Shown one piece after another: positions 1 to 10,702 of a stretch of 64,000 nt of DNA (within the stretch, counting starts at the first letter, position 1; the number at the start of each line of letters is the position of its first letter). This DNA is from a virus, in the IMG/VR virus record IMGVR_UViG_3300021378_000010, positions 1 to 64,000 of that record. The stretch is one strand, 5' to 3'. A model generated the notes under the pieces. It saw nothing but the letters and a program-made list of their open reading frames with translations. It was not told the origin of the DNA and did not search any database. The position numbers and the translations under genes are program-made.

Positions 1-312
1 GAACGTCTCAGCCATGATCGTTCTCTTGTGAGTAGGATCCGCGTAGAAGCTATTGTGTCTATGATGTGGAACGCGTATATGAACGATCGTTCCGTGCTTA
101 CATACTCGATAGAGTTCCTGCATCATAGGCATAAACCCGTCACCGATATGTTCAAATATGTGATTTGCAATGACTTCTTCGATAGAGTTATCTTCGAAAG
201 GCCAGACATCTTTTTCTACATCAAAGTTGTAGTCTGGCTTTTCTCTTTCGTCGAAGTCGACGTTTTTAAATCCTGGAAAGCGCTCAGCGCCTGCACCAAT
301 ATTGAGTTTCAT
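1..312 (-). CDS. Class I SAM-dependent methyltransferase (type 11-like); 3' end runs off the window
   Basis: Not in the ORF track. Manual translation from ATG 312 gives MKLNIGAGAERFPGFKNVDFD...WPFEDNSIEEVIANHIFEHI...ELYRVCKHG...VPH...DPTH, with a glycine-rich motif I and typical MTase-11 motifs. A GGAG RBS and a late promoter lie upstream. Confidence 0.8.
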   Translation of the reverse strand, partial: MKLNIGAGAERFPGFKNVDFDEREKPDYNFDVEKDVWPFEDNSIEEVIANHIFEHIGDGFMPMMQELYRVCKHGTIVHIRVPHHRHNSFYADPTHKRTIMAETF

Positions 313-344
313 AATTATTCACTCCGTTCATTGTTATATAGAAC

Positions 345-352
345 TATTTATA
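345..352 (-). promoter_or_regulatory. T4-type late promoter TATAAATA
   Basis: Exact TATAAATA on the minus strand about 33 nt upstream of the methyltransferase ATG. Confidence 0.7.
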
Positions 353-1709
353 CTACCTGTTTGATTGCAATTGTGTGAGAAAGGCCGGATGCTGCTACAC
401 ACCAGTTCGTAGATGAAGTAATTTCTTGTACTGGAGAAGACTGATCTATCGTTGCGCTATTACCAAGTTGGCCAGTTCCGCCAAAGCCCCAGGCGTACAA
501 TTCGCCTGATATTTTTATACCTATGCTGTGAAAATGGTGACTTGCCATGCTGCACCAATCTGTTGACGAAGTTATTTCTTGAACGGGCGAAGAAAAATCA
601 GCAACTGAATTAACTCCTAGTTTACCATAAAAACCATTACCCCAAGCCCATAACGTACCATCTGCTTTTGTTGATATTGTGTGAGCTGCGCCGACTGAAG
701 AACAGTTCCAGTTGGTAGATGAGCTAATTTCTTGTGTTGGAGATATGGGGTTATTGTTACAATTAACACCTAAAATGCCAAACGCGCCGCAGCCCCATCC
801 GTATAATTTTCCAGAAGTTGTTATTGCGATAGAAGATCTACAACCACCTGACGCTAAGCACCAGTCAGTAAAAGAAGAAGCTTCTTGTACAGGTGAGCTT
901 GTATTGGTAGAAGTGCCATTACCCAATTGAAATCTATTATTGCATCCCCAACCCCATAGTGTCCCATCGTTTTTAATAGCTAAACTGTGATCATAACCAG
1001 CTGATACGGCGATCCAGTTTGTAGATGAAGTGATCTCTTGTACTGGAGTAGATCTGCATATTGCGGTACCATCGCCCAACCTACCGCAAAAATTATATCC
1101 CCATGCCCATAATGTGCTGTCGGTTTTAACTGCTAAAGCGTGAAAATTAGTTGCAGAAACGCCGCACCAATTGGCAGATGATGATGCTTCTTGTACGGGT
1201 GAGCTATAATTAGTAGGAATTCCGTTACCAATAGCACCGAAAGTGCCGCAACCCCAACCCCATAATGTACCATCAGTTTTTATACCAAAACTACTACGGC
1301 CTGCAGTAATATCACGCCAATTTGTAGAAAAAGAAATTTCTTGTATTGGAGAGCTATAATTAGTAATATTATTTACTCCAAGTGTTCCTGCAAGATTGCA
1401 TCCCCAAGCCCACAGCTGGCTATCAGGTACATCTTTCCTATAAGTTCTTCCATCTAAACCAGTCCACGCCTGATCCGTTGCGACTACAGGAATTCCTAGT
1501 TCCTGCACATAGAACATAGTACCTTCTGGTGTAGTGCCAAGATTCAAATCAGGCAAATTACACGCGAGTGTAACATAACTTTTACGATCAGTTATGATAC
1601 GATTCGTAGTAGCCGAAAGAGCAACAAGATCGCACGTTGCACAACTGGAGTTTGCTGTAGCTATTTTAGCGTCTGTAACACTCGTAATACAAGTCTTATC
1701 TATACTCAT
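348..1709 (-). CDS. RCC1/BLIP-II-like beta-propeller repeat protein, class C N-terminus
   Basis: About seven ~52-aa repeats (IKxDGTLWxWGxNxxGxLG...SSPVQExxSSTNWC). N-terminal LPDL...G-x-M-x-YV-x-ELG-x-PVVA...W-x-GLDGR-x-YR motif. Confidence 0.85.
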   Translation of the reverse strand: MSIDKTCITSVTDAKIATANSSCATCDLVALSATTNRIITDRKSYVTLACNLPDLNLGTTPEGTMFYVQELGIPVVATDQAWTGLDGRTYRKDVPDSQLWAWGCNLAGTLGVNNITNYSSPIQEISFSTNWRDITAGRSSFGIKTDGTLWGWGCGTFGAIGNGIPTNYSSPVQEASSSANWCGVSATNFHALAVKTDSTLWAWGYNFCGRLGDGTAICRSTPVQEITSSTNWIAVSAGYDHSLAIKNDGTLWGWGCNNRFQLGNGTSTNTSSPVQEASSFTDWCLASGGCRSSIAITTSGKLYGWGCGAFGILGVNCNNNPISPTQEISSSTNWNCSSVGAAHTISTKADGTLWAWGNGFYGKLGVNSVADFSSPVQEITSSTDWCSMASHHFHSIGIKISGELYAWGFGGTGQLGNSATIDQSSPVQEITSSTNWCVAASGLSHTIAIKQVV

Positions 1710-1718
1710 TTTTTATCC

Positions 1719-3062
1719 TTATAGATACGGTACACTTATTACACCTTGCGTATGCCAAATTCCTAGTCCGTGTATATCAACCCAGCTTAAACTGCATGGA
1801 TCCTGAATTGGCGAAGAATAATTAGTAGTTTCAGGTCTTAATAATAGGCCTTTACATCCGCATCCCCACATCCACAGTGATCCGTCAGTTTTTAGCGCAT
1901 GTGAAGCGCCGCCTACTGAAGATGACAAGCACCAATTCGTAGATGAAGTGATCTCTTGTACTGGAGAAGAATGATCAAAAGCGTTTCCTGTAGCCAATTG
2001 TCCTGTCGAATTTAGGCCAATTCCCCAGAGAGTGCCATCGGTTTTTATAGCTCTGGTATTTCGGTCACCTAACGAAACGTAACACCAGTTTGCGCTTGAA
2101 GTTGTTTCTTGTACTGGTGATGAGTACTGCACTGCACCAGTGGATACTCCAAGACCTAGTTGGCCATTAGTGTCCCATCCCCATACCCAAAGAGTGCCAT
2201 CGGTTTTAATTCCGCTGCCGTTCCAACAACTTAGCGTCGCAAAACACCAGTTAGTCGAAGATGAAATTTCTTGAACTGGTGAAGATCTATAAACATCAGT
2301 ACCATCGCCGAGTTGTGCGTGCAGGTTAAATCCCCAAGCCCATAACGTACCATCTGTTTTGATAGCAGAATTTGAAAACGCTGCATGACCCTTAGGAGAT
2401 AATATACTCCAATTAGTCGAAGAAGTATTTTCTTGTATTGGAAGGGAACACGAAGTTGATGTGTTAGTGCCAGATTCGCCCTGGCCATTTTGACCCCAAC
2501 TCCAAAGCGTGCCATCCGATTTTAGAGCAGAACCACCTGTGTTTAATGCTGCTATACTGCACCAGTTTGTGCTATTAGTAAAATCTCTAGTTGGAGTTTC
2601 GTTGTTAGACGTGGAAGGTCGTCTTCCTTGAGCGTTATATCCCCAAGCCCATAGAGTTCCATCTTTCTTCAACCCGTATGAGTTTAAATCTCCAGCATGA
2701 ATACAGCACCAATTACTAGAATACGAGACTTCCTGTACTAGAGAAGAAGCTATTTCATTATATGTTGCTGTTAACGAACAGTATAGACCTTGACCAAAAC
2801 CAAATCCAAAATTATTTTCACTACCTAATGTTATCCAGGTTAAATCTGAAGCAAACACAACAGAATTCTCATCATCTACATAATATATTTTTCCTATAGA
2901 AGCATTGCTTGGCGGAAGATTTGCAAAGGTAGAAACAGTATATATGTTTCCATTACGTAGCTTTTCAAGAGCTTTTGTGTATGTTTGAACATCAATTGGT
3001 GACGTCGCACTATCAATTTTTTGAATTAAAGTAAGCTCAAGATTTCCTAAATTAATACTCAT
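1719..3062 (-). CDS. RCC1-like beta-propeller repeat protein, class B N-terminus
   Basis: Same repeat. N-terminus MSINLGNLE...QKI...Y-x-K-x-LE-x-LR-x-G...TFANLP...GKIYYV. Start overlaps the upstream stop (ATGA). Confidence 0.85.
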   Translation of the reverse strand: MSINLGNLELTLIQKIDSATSPIDVQTYTKALEKLRNGNIYTVSTFANLPPSNASIGKIYYVDDENSVVFASDLTWITLGSENNFGFGFGQGLYCSLTATYNEIASSLVQEVSYSSNWCCIHAGDLNSYGLKKDGTLWAWGYNAQGRRPSTSNNETPTRDFTNSTNWCSIAALNTGGSALKSDGTLWSWGQNGQGESGTNTSTSCSLPIQENTSSTNWSILSPKGHAAFSNSAIKTDGTLWAWGFNLHAQLGDGTDVYRSSPVQEISSSTNWCFATLSCWNGSGIKTDGTLWVWGWDTNGQLGLGVSTGAVQYSSPVQETTSSANWCYVSLGDRNTRAIKTDGTLWGIGLNSTGQLATGNAFDHSSPVQEITSSTNWCLSSSVGGASHALKTDGSLWMWGCGCKGLLLRPETTNYSSPIQDPCSLSWVDIHGLGIWHTQGVISVPYL

Positions 3063-4471
3063 GGTTCGTTAAATCCAATTTGTTGTGCAAGTATTAAAGC
3101 TGCATGGCATGGAGCCACTGATACTGCGCACCAGCCAACGATTTCTGATATTTGTGTAGGTGAATAAACATTCGCGCTTATAGGAATTTGATCTGACACA
3201 AACATACCGCACGAGTTAAAACCCCAACCCCACAGAGTACTATCAGTTTTAATCGCCATAGATCCAAGTTGTCCAGGACTTACTATACACCAGTTTGTCG
3301 AAGACGTAATTTCTTGTACCGGAGAAGACATACTTCCAGCAAAAATTCCATCCCCAATTGCGCCTCCAACATCTGAGCCCCAGCTCCAAAGAGTACCATC
3401 GGTTTTAATTGCGTGTTGGCCGTTTCTATTTGATTGATACACTAAACTCCAATTAGTTGAAGAAGAAATTTCTTGAACTGGAGAAGAATAACATATAATA
3501 ATACTATTAGTAGCAAGCTGCCCACAGATTCCAGACCCAGCACTCCATAGAGTGCCATCGGTTTTAATTCCAGTAGACAAAGCACTGCCAGCGGCAACTT
3601 TACACCAATTAGTTGAAGAAGAAATTTCTTGAACTGGAGAAGAATAACATATAATATCATTTGTTCCTAAAGACCCAAGAAGATTTCGACCCCAACCCCA
3701 AAAAGTTCCATCTGTTTTTAAAGCAACTGCGCCCGGGCATGTCTGACTAAACAAAGACAGCTCAGACCAGATCGTAGAAGAACTTACTTCTTGAATTGGA
3801 GTAGTAAAAGTGGTAAACCCAGATATAACGCCAACCCCAAGATCTCCACAGCGATTAAAACCCCACATCCAAAGACTACCATCAGTTTTAATTCCGCCAG
3901 ACGAAGAACCGGTACTTCGACCTCCACCAGCAGAAAAACACCAGTTTGTTGCAGAACACGCTTCTTGTACTGGTGAAGAGCGATCAATAAGAGCTCCACT
4001 CGAATCTGCTGATAATCCGTATCTGAAACCCCAGTTCCAAAGTGTTCCATCAGTTTTAACTGCTTGTGTAGAAAACTCTCTTGTAGAAATTTGACACCAG
4101 TTTTCCGATAAAGTGAGTTCGCGAACTGGAGTTGATGTGCATATATTAAGTGTTTCGTTGATGCCAAGCGCGCCGAGAGCGTTTGAACCAGTAGACAGTA
4201 ACCTATACGATATTCGCGCTGAACTGGAATATTCGTTAGACCATATAATGCCATTTGAAAAGCGATACGCGCCGATGTCTTCCACAAAGATCCAACGCCC
4301 CTCATTATCACCGGCGCTTGGTAAAGCACTAGTATTTGCTACTGAACACCCAATTGCTGCTTGTTCAATAGAGGCTGCAACACCGGCTAGCTGCTGAGTC
4401 TCCAAACAATTTGGACTTGCAGCTGCGCAACTGTTTGCGTATAATTCGATACAGGATGTACTTACCGGCAT
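3059..4471 (-). CDS. RCC1-like beta-propeller repeat protein, class A N-terminus
   Basis: Same repeat. N-terminus MPVST...LP...N-x-GRWIFVEDIGAYR-x-SNG; C-terminus GFNEP. Confidence 0.85.
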   Translation of the reverse strand: MPVSTSCIELYANSCAAASPNCLETQQLAGVAASIEQAAIGCSVANTSALPSAGDNEGRWIFVEDIGAYRFSNGIIWSNEYSSSARISYRLLSTGSNALGALGINETLNICTSTPVRELTLSENWCQISTREFSTQAVKTDGTLWNWGFRYGLSADSSGALIDRSSPVQEACSATNWCFSAGGGRSTGSSSGGIKTDGSLWMWGFNRCGDLGVGVISGFTTFTTPIQEVSSSTIWSELSLFSQTCPGAVALKTDGTFWGWGRNLLGSLGTNDIICYSSPVQEISSSTNWCKVAAGSALSTGIKTDGTLWSAGSGICGQLATNSIIICYSSPVQEISSSTNWSLVYQSNRNGQHAIKTDGTLWSWGSDVGGAIGDGIFAGSMSSPVQEITSSTNWCIVSPGQLGSMAIKTDSTLWGWGFNSCGMFVSDQIPISANVYSPTQISEIVGWCAVSVAPCHAALILAQQIGFNEP

Positions 4472-4495
4472 GTTATTCTCTTTTGTTTATATTTA

Positions 4496-5854
4496 TTACG
4501 CGCATCTAAATGCCATGCCAATTGTTCCATATAACTGTACACAGAACCATCCAGTATTTTCAGTAAATTCTTGCACTGGCGAACATGAATTAGAAGCACT
4601 GTTTGTACCTAGATGACCACATAGATTTTGACCCCAGCCCCAAAGCGTTCCGTCAGCTTTAATAGCAGCTGTTGCTACATCACCGCTTGCAAAAGCCCAG
4701 TTAGTTGCAGAGCATGTTTCTTGAACTGGTGACGAAAAGTTTGTAACAGTATCACCAAACGCGCCTCTGTTTCCAGCACCCCAATTCCATAGAGTACCAT
4801 CCGCTTTTATTGCTGCGGTATAGCAATTTGCTGCTGATACGTGACACCACGTTGAAGAAGAGCTCGCCTCTTGAACTGGAGAAGACCCGGTTGCTGTAGT
4901 AATACTATCATTTCTTCCTAAAGAACCGAAGCAGTTGGAACCCCAACTCCAAAGTGTTCCATCGGTTTTAATTGCGCCTCCATGTCTTACAAGGGAAGAC
5001 TTGCTTAAGCTCACTTCGGTCCATGACGAACTTGTGTATTCTTGAGTTGGAGAAGAAGAACTTGTAGTACTAAATAGAAACGCAGTGACTACCCATAATG
5101 TAGAATCATCTTTAATTGCTGAGTATCCTGTATCTGCAACAGATACTTTACACCAATTAGTACTTGAACTAATTTCTTGAACTGGGGATGAATGCTTAAT
5201 CACAGTTCCATCCCCAACATATTGACCCCAACCCCAAAGAGTGCCGTTTCTTTTTATTGCTGCACCAGTACAAAATCCGGCGTCAACGCAATACCAATTT
5301 GTGCTTGATGAAATTTCTTGAACCGGTGAAGATTGCGCGCATATACCTGTACTGTTCAATATTGAAAGCAAGGGCCCGCAGACATATCCCCAATTCCACA
5401 TTGTACCGTTTGCTTTGATACCAAAAATTTGCGCAAAACTACCGTCGCCGCCTCCTGCCGTGTCGCACCAGTAATCACTATATTCTTCTCTTAAAAATTG
5501 CTGAGTGCCGCCAGTACTTCTAAGAATAGCTCCATACGTATTTCTTCCGGCAGTATATAGCTGCCCCGCCTGAACATCAGATCTGTAAAGTCTTCCATCG
5601 AGACCAGTCCAAGCAGTTTGCGTAGCGACCACTGGTACTCCAAGTTCTTCTACATATACCATCGTTCCAGCAGGTATATTCGCTGTTTGAAGATCTGGAA
5701 GTTGACAACCAAGAGCGACAGTAAACTTGCGATCTGTATTTGCGTTATCTGCAGCGATCGCAGTCTCGAGAAATACTTCTGCAGAACAACTCGTTGTAAG
5801 GTTGTTGACTGCAGTTTGTATTTCTGATTCTAGACAGTTTTGATTGATTGACAT
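4496..5854 (-). CDS. RCC1-like beta-propeller repeat protein, class C N-terminus
   Basis: RCC1 repeats; LGCQLPDL...YVEELGVPVVATQTAWTGLDGRLYR. Confidence 0.85.
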   Translation of the reverse strand: MSINQNCLESEIQTAVNNLTTSCSAEVFLETAIAADNANTDRKFTVALGCQLPDLQTANIPAGTMVYVEELGVPVVATQTAWTGLDGRLYRSDVQAGQLYTAGRNTYGAILRSTGGTQQFLREEYSDYWCDTAGGGDGSFAQIFGIKANGTMWNWGYVCGPLLSILNSTGICAQSSPVQEISSSTNWYCVDAGFCTGAAIKRNGTLWGWGQYVGDGTVIKHSSPVQEISSSTNWCKVSVADTGYSAIKDDSTLWVVTAFLFSTTSSSSPTQEYTSSSWTEVSLSKSSLVRHGGAIKTDGTLWSWGSNCFGSLGRNDSITTATGSSPVQEASSSSTWCHVSAANCYTAAIKADGTLWNWGAGNRGAFGDTVTNFSSPVQETCSATNWAFASGDVATAAIKADGTLWGWGQNLCGHLGTNSASNSCSPVQEFTENTGWFCVQLYGTIGMAFRCA

Positions 5855-5886
5855 TCTATTTTAACTCTTTTATTAAGTTTAAACTA

Positions 5887-7260
5887 TTAAGCTGTGCACT
5901 TTAACGCGATCGTATATAATACCCCAGCTGATACACGATACCAATCTGCAGCCGAAGTAAGTTCTTGTACCGGCGAACACCTGCCAATCGTAGTCCCATC
6001 ACCTATTGCTCCACAATCACCTTTTCCCCAACCCCAAAGAGTTCCATCCGATTTTACTGCGGAAACGTGGCAAAAGCCAGAATCAACTCCACACCAATTA
6101 GTAGATGATGTAAATTCTTGAGAAGGGCTAGGAGTAATTCCAAAGTTAACAATACCATTGCCAAGTTCACCATTTGCGTTATAACCAAAAGAAAAAATTT
6201 GACCTAAATTGTTTAACGCGTTTGTTTTATAATTACCAGCCGAAACTTGAGCCCAGTTCGTGCTAGAAGAGATCTCTTGTACGGGTGAAGATCTTGGAGT
6301 GCTCGTGCCATCACCGTTATTACCACAAAAATTTATGCCCCAACCCCATAGTGTTCCATCAGTTTTGATGCCTAAACTGTTCTGCCAGGCACCAGCTACG
6401 TCGCACCAGTTTGTACTAGAAGATATTTCTTGTATAGGAGAAGACGTATTTGCTGCGCTTTCATTACCCAGCTTGCCACAAGAGCCATTACCCCAAGCCC
6501 AAAGAGATCCTTCTGTTTTTATACCTAGAGCGTGGCATCTTCCATTTGCAGCTTTAATCCAAGTAGACACAGATATTTCTTGTACTGGAGAACTTATGTT
6601 TATAACGTTTGAATTCGCGAGTACTCCGCATACGCCGCTACCCCACGCATATAACCCACCATCGGCTTTTATTGCAGTCATAAAGCTTAAAGATCCGCCT
6701 TTTGATAACTCGCACCATGCAGTACTTGATGTGATTTCTTGAACTGGAGAAGATATAGTAGTTATTGTTCCATCACCAATTGAGCCGGTGCCGCCGCAAC
6801 CCCAACCCCAAAGTGTTCCGTCGTTTTTTATACCGTGTGTCGTACCACCACCGGCGTTTACTTGTTTCCACACTGTAGTTGATGCGATTTCTTGAACTGG
6901 AGAAGATCTACAAGCAGCGGTACTATCCCCCAATTCTCCGCATCTATTGTAACCCCATGCATATAAAGTAGTATCTGGTATATCTTTCCTATAAGTTCTT
7001 CCGTCGATGCCAAGCCAAGACTGAGAACCAGCAACTACTGGCACACCGAGTTCATCAACATAAAACATGGAACCTACTGGAGTTTTACCTTGATTGAGAT
7101 CTGGTAGTTCACATCCAAGAGATACATGTGATTCAATATCGTTAGTCAAGTTCTTTGCAGAATTAGCAGCAGAAAGCATGTCCTCAGGAGACGTAGCACA
7201 AGTAAAGCCGTCGATCTGTGACTGAACCGTCGTTTCTAAGTTAGATTTATTGATTGGCAT
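5887..7260 (-). CDS. RCC1-like beta-propeller repeat protein, class C N-terminus
   Basis: RCC1 repeats; LGCELPDL...YVDELGVPVVAGSQSWLGIDGRTYR. Confidence 0.85.
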   Translation of the reverse strand: MPINKSNLETTVQSQIDGFTCATSPEDMLSAANSAKNLTNDIESHVSLGCELPDLNQGKTPVGSMFYVDELGVPVVAGSQSWLGIDGRTYRKDIPDTTLYAWGYNRCGELGDSTAACRSSPVQEIASTTVWKQVNAGGGTTHGIKNDGTLWGWGCGGTGSIGDGTITTISSPVQEITSSTAWCELSKGGSLSFMTAIKADGGLYAWGSGVCGVLANSNVINISSPVQEISVSTWIKAANGRCHALGIKTEGSLWAWGNGSCGKLGNESAANTSSPIQEISSSTNWCDVAGAWQNSLGIKTDGTLWGWGINFCGNNGDGTSTPRSSPVQEISSSTNWAQVSAGNYKTNALNNLGQIFSFGYNANGELGNGIVNFGITPSPSQEFTSSTNWCGVDSGFCHVSAVKSDGTLWGWGKGDCGAIGDGTTIGRCSPVQELTSAADWYRVSAGVLYTIALKCTA

Positions 7261-7271
7261 TTATTTTTACC

Positions 7272-8636
7272 TTATAACACATCTTGTCGTATTCCACCTG
7301 TAGAGGAGCCAAACACCGCTAACGTTGACCAATTTGTAAAGAAACAAATTTCCTGTACTGGCGAAGATCTAGAAAAGCTAGTTCCATCACCGAGTTGGCA
7401 GGACGAATTTGAACCCCAACCCCAGAGAGTCCCATCAGTTTTTAGCACTGCAACATGGTAAAACCCAGAAAGCGCACTACACCAATCAGTAGAAGAAGTA
7501 TATTCTTGTATCGGTAAATAAGAATCTGTTGTATTATTCTGCCCAAGAGAGCCGCAGCCATTGTTTCCCCATATCCAAAGAGAGCCGTCATTTTTAAGGG
7601 ATGCGATTTGATTATTTCCTGCCGACACTGTTTTCCAATTTGTAGCTGAACACATTTCTTGCATTGGTGTAGAATAACAAAGAGAATTGCAAACGCCTAT
7701 TCCAATTTTTCCGCCGAGACCAGAACCCCAAGACCATAAAGTACCGTCAGTTTTTATTCCGTGTGCTGTTTGACACACAAAGCTTCCTGCACCAACGTCA
7801 GCATAACACCACGTAGTATCGGAAAAGAATTCTTGAACCGGAGAAGATGTGGTCGGTGTTGCAAGATTGTTTCCTAGTATGCCGCGGCCGCATGAGCCGC
7901 CCATCCACAGTGTACCGTCAGCTTTCAAGCCTATCATAACACCGTCACCACCACTGCTGCTAATCCAGTTTTCGCTAGAAGATATCTCTTGAACTGGAGT
8001 TATACATTGACTAATTCCAGAATTAGTTATAAGATTACCAGCAGGATTGTAGCCCCAAGACCAAAGCGTACCATCATTTTTAATAGCATTCATAAAGTTT
8101 CCGGACAATGCACTGTTATTGACAGTTCTCCAATTTGTGGAAGAAGTTAATTCTTGTCCTGGTGAAATACAGCAACCAGACCTTCCTAAACTTGAAAACG
8201 CCCCTGACCCCCAGGTCCAAAGTGTTCCGTCAGATTTAATAGCAGCAGCATTAGATCCTTTTGCAGCATAACAGGTCCAAGTGTAATCCCCCGTGGCTTC
8301 TTGAGTAGCAGTACTTTTGTTAACACAATTGGTATCAAAATCACCTATTGATATATCATTACCAAAAGAAAAAATAGTGTTACGAACTGTGTCTACTAAA
8401 TTTACATAAGAAACTCCATCATAACCAAAATAAACAGATTCTTCGCTTTCTACAAAGTATAACTTTCCTGTATTTTCACTTGCGGCAGGAAGATTAGCAT
8501 AAGTAGAAACTGTGTTTACAGAACCAGTTCGAAGCTGTTCTAGAACTTTCTGATATGTCAATAACTCCAATTCAGTAGAAGCATCATTGATCTTCTGCAT
8601 CATTGCGAGTTCGAGTTTTGCTACATTGATACTCAC
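7272..8636 (-). CDS. RCC1-like beta-propeller repeat protein, class B N-terminus
   Basis: RCC1 repeats; MSINVAKLE...QKI...GKLYFV. GTG start overlaps the upstream TGA (GTGA). Confidence 0.85.
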   Translation of the reverse strand: MSINVAKLELAMMQKINDASTELELLTYQKVLEQLRTGSVNTVSTYANLPAASENTGKLYFVESEESVYFGYDGVSYVNLVDTVRNTIFSFGNDISIGDFDTNCVNKSTATQEATGDYTWTCYAAKGSNAAAIKSDGTLWTWGSGAFSSLGRSGCCISPGQELTSSTNWRTVNNSALSGNFMNAIKNDGTLWSWGYNPAGNLITNSGISQCITPVQEISSSENWISSSGGDGVMIGLKADGTLWMGGSCGRGILGNNLATPTTSSPVQEFFSDTTWCYADVGAGSFVCQTAHGIKTDGTLWSWGSGLGGKIGIGVCNSLCYSTPMQEMCSATNWKTVSAGNNQIASLKNDGSLWIWGNNGCGSLGQNNTTDSYLPIQEYTSSTDWCSALSGFYHVAVLKTDGTLWGWGSNSSCQLGDGTSFSRSSPVQEICFFTNWSTLAVFGSSTGGIRQDVL

Positions 8637-10039
8637 GGCTCGTTAAATCCTACTATCTGTGATCTTATGCCTATCGTTGCACATGATGTTCCTGCTATTT
8701 GATACCAATCATTAGAACCTAAGTTTAAGCACACTGGAGAAGATCTCAATCCGCTTTCTCCAAATTCTTCTCCAAAAGAATAACTCGCCCAACAACCCCA
8801 ACCCCAAAGGGATCCATCAGTTTTAATTGCGCGGCCGAGTATTATACTGGAGCCGCCGGTATTGGCGTAACACCAATTTGTAGAAGATGATATTTCTTGC
8901 ACAGGAGAAGACGTGGTTGCTCCTACTCCACTATTACTACCGTTTGCTAGTCCACCAAACTGACCCCATCCCCAGGCCCATAAAGTTCCGTCAGTTTTTA
9001 TAGAAAAACTGTTGCAGCATCCCGTAGAAACTAAGCACCAACTTGAACTTGATGAAATTTCTTGAACAGGGGAAGAATGATTGATTATTGTTTCGTTGCC
9101 AACTTGACCGCAATTATTCAAACCCCAACCCCACAGAGTGCCATCAGTTTTTATGGCTATAGCATGAGAAACTGAAGCATCTACATCAACCCAAGACGAA
9201 CTGGATATTTCTTGTACAGGAGATGAATAACACGTAATTGCGTTTGTTCCAGCTTTTCCACAAAAATTAGATCCTCCTACCCATAACGAACTATCTGACT
9301 TTATTCCGTATACTGTCACATTACCATTACCGATTTTTACTTTTGACCAAGAGGAAGACGTATACTCCTGAATTGGAGAACACGATCCGGTGCCGAATTG
9401 ACAAGCATTAATCAATTGCTGTCCTATAGAATTTATTCCCCAGCTCCAAAGAGATCCATCAGATTTGATTGCAGCTGTGTGACTAGATTCTCTGTCTAAG
9501 AAACACCAATCGGTAGAAGAACACATTTCCTGTACTGGTGAAGAATAAGTTATACCATATGTAGTTCCATCACCGTGTGTAGCAAATATCGCGCCAGATC
9601 CCCAACTCCAAACTGTACCATTATTTTTAATCGCGGCAATAAAGTTTCCTCCACCGGCAATTTGAGACCATTGCGAGTTGGTTGACTCTCTTACTATAGT
9701 TGAATATGTTTGAGACGCGTCTACGTTACCGGTTGCTAACTGTCCAAAATTATTTGCACCAACACCCCATATGTTATTTTCGATTCTACAAGTGGTATTA
9801 TAACTATTCGTCCATTCAGTTCCATTCGAGTAACGATAAGCACCAATGTCTGTTACATATACCCATCTTCCGGTATTTTCGGCAACATCGGGCAGTAGAG
9901 CGGTGCATGCAACACTAAACGTATCTCCGGCTTCTATACTCGTAATAGCGCCTGCCATCTGAGCGAGTTCTTGATCTGTAGGACTCGTTGCTAGACAGCA
10001 GGCGATATAATCCGTGATACTTTTGGTGCTTACCGGCAT
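8633..10039 (-). CDS. RCC1-like beta-propeller repeat protein, class A N-terminus
   Basis: RCC1 repeats; MPVST...NTGRWVYVTDIGAYRYSNG; ends GFNEP. Confidence 0.85.
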   Translation of the reverse strand: MPVSTKSITDYIACCLATSPTDQELAQMAGAITSIEAGDTFSVACTALLPDVAENTGRWVYVTDIGAYRYSNGTEWTNSYNTTCRIENNIWGVGANNFGQLATGNVDASQTYSTIVRESTNSQWSQIAGGGNFIAAIKNNGTVWSWGSGAIFATHGDGTTYGITYSSPVQEMCSSTDWCFLDRESSHTAAIKSDGSLWSWGINSIGQQLINACQFGTGSCSPIQEYTSSSWSKVKIGNGNVTVYGIKSDSSLWVGGSNFCGKAGTNAITCYSSPVQEISSSSWVDVDASVSHAIAIKTDGTLWGWGLNNCGQVGNETIINHSSPVQEISSSSSWCLVSTGCCNSFSIKTDGTLWAWGWGQFGGLANGSNSGVGATTSSPVQEISSSTNWCYANTGGSSIILGRAIKTDGSLWGWGCWASYSFGEEFGESGLRSSPVCLNLGSNDWYQIAGTSCATIGIRSQIVGFNEP

Positions 10040-10045
10040 AAAGTA

Positions 10046-10702
10046 TTACTCCGGTAATTCTGGTTCTGGCTCGGGCGGAACAATTTCTACTACATTAAGC
10101 TCTGCGAGAGTCGTGCATGCATCGATCTCTGTCGCCTTTGCTGCTTCCCAGTCAAACTGCGCTTGAATGTATGCTGCACCCGCAGCAACTACAGATCCAA
10201 GCTCAGACTTCGTGAGATTAAGCCAACCCTCTGGAAACTTCCAGTTAATCGTCTCACCATCAGCCATGATCGAGTACTTCTGAATGAACACGTTGCGGCC
10301 GTCACGAGAAGTGTCTAGAGAAACCGTGGTGCCCTTGAGCTCCATCGTGGTACCTACTACTTCACGGCGATAACGTTCTGCCGCAGCCTCGTTTTTAAGG
10401 TCTGATTTTACAAACTCGATCTCTTTGTCCTTGACACGAAACGTACCGAGAGCAACATCATTATCAAATGTCCAGAACGGACCGTATGTTCTCTCGATAC
10501 GAGTGTTGTGTTCCGGTGTCTCGTAACGAGCAGGCATGATCTTCGTGTCTACGTCGTAGACGATCGGTAGCTTATCAGCATCGGGTGCCAGTCTTGGAAC
10601 GTGACCCGATACTTTGATTCTTGCGAGAGCACCCTCAAATAGGCCGCGGTTCCATTTCATCGGACCTACGAGTACTCTCTCCTTATGAACTAGTGCGTAC
10701 AT
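10046..10702 (-). CDS. Tail-fibre-associated/assembly protein (DUF4376-like C-terminal domain)
   Basis: C-terminal AAAERYRREV-x-G...DT-x-R...WK...W-x-x-L...L-x-x-V...Q-x-x-F-x-WE...I-x-A-x-x-T-x-x-EL pattern typical of DUF4376 fibre-associated proteins. Has its own RBS and late promoter. Confidence 0.6.
   Translation of the reverse strand: MYALVHKERVLVGPMKWNRGLFEGALARIKVSGHVPRLAPDADKLPIVYDVDTKIMPARYETPEHNTRIERTYGPFWTFDNDVALGTFRVKDKEIEFVKSDLKNEAAAERYRREVVGTTMELKGTTVSLDTSRDGRNVFIQKYSIMADGETINWKFPEGWLNLTKSELGSVVAAGAAYIQAQFDWEAAKATEIDACTTLAELNVVEIVPPEPEPELPE

Noticed and set aside
28-378. 116-aa plus-strand ORF in the track
   Set aside because: Antisense to the minus-strand methyltransferase, which has motifs, an RBS and a late promoter.
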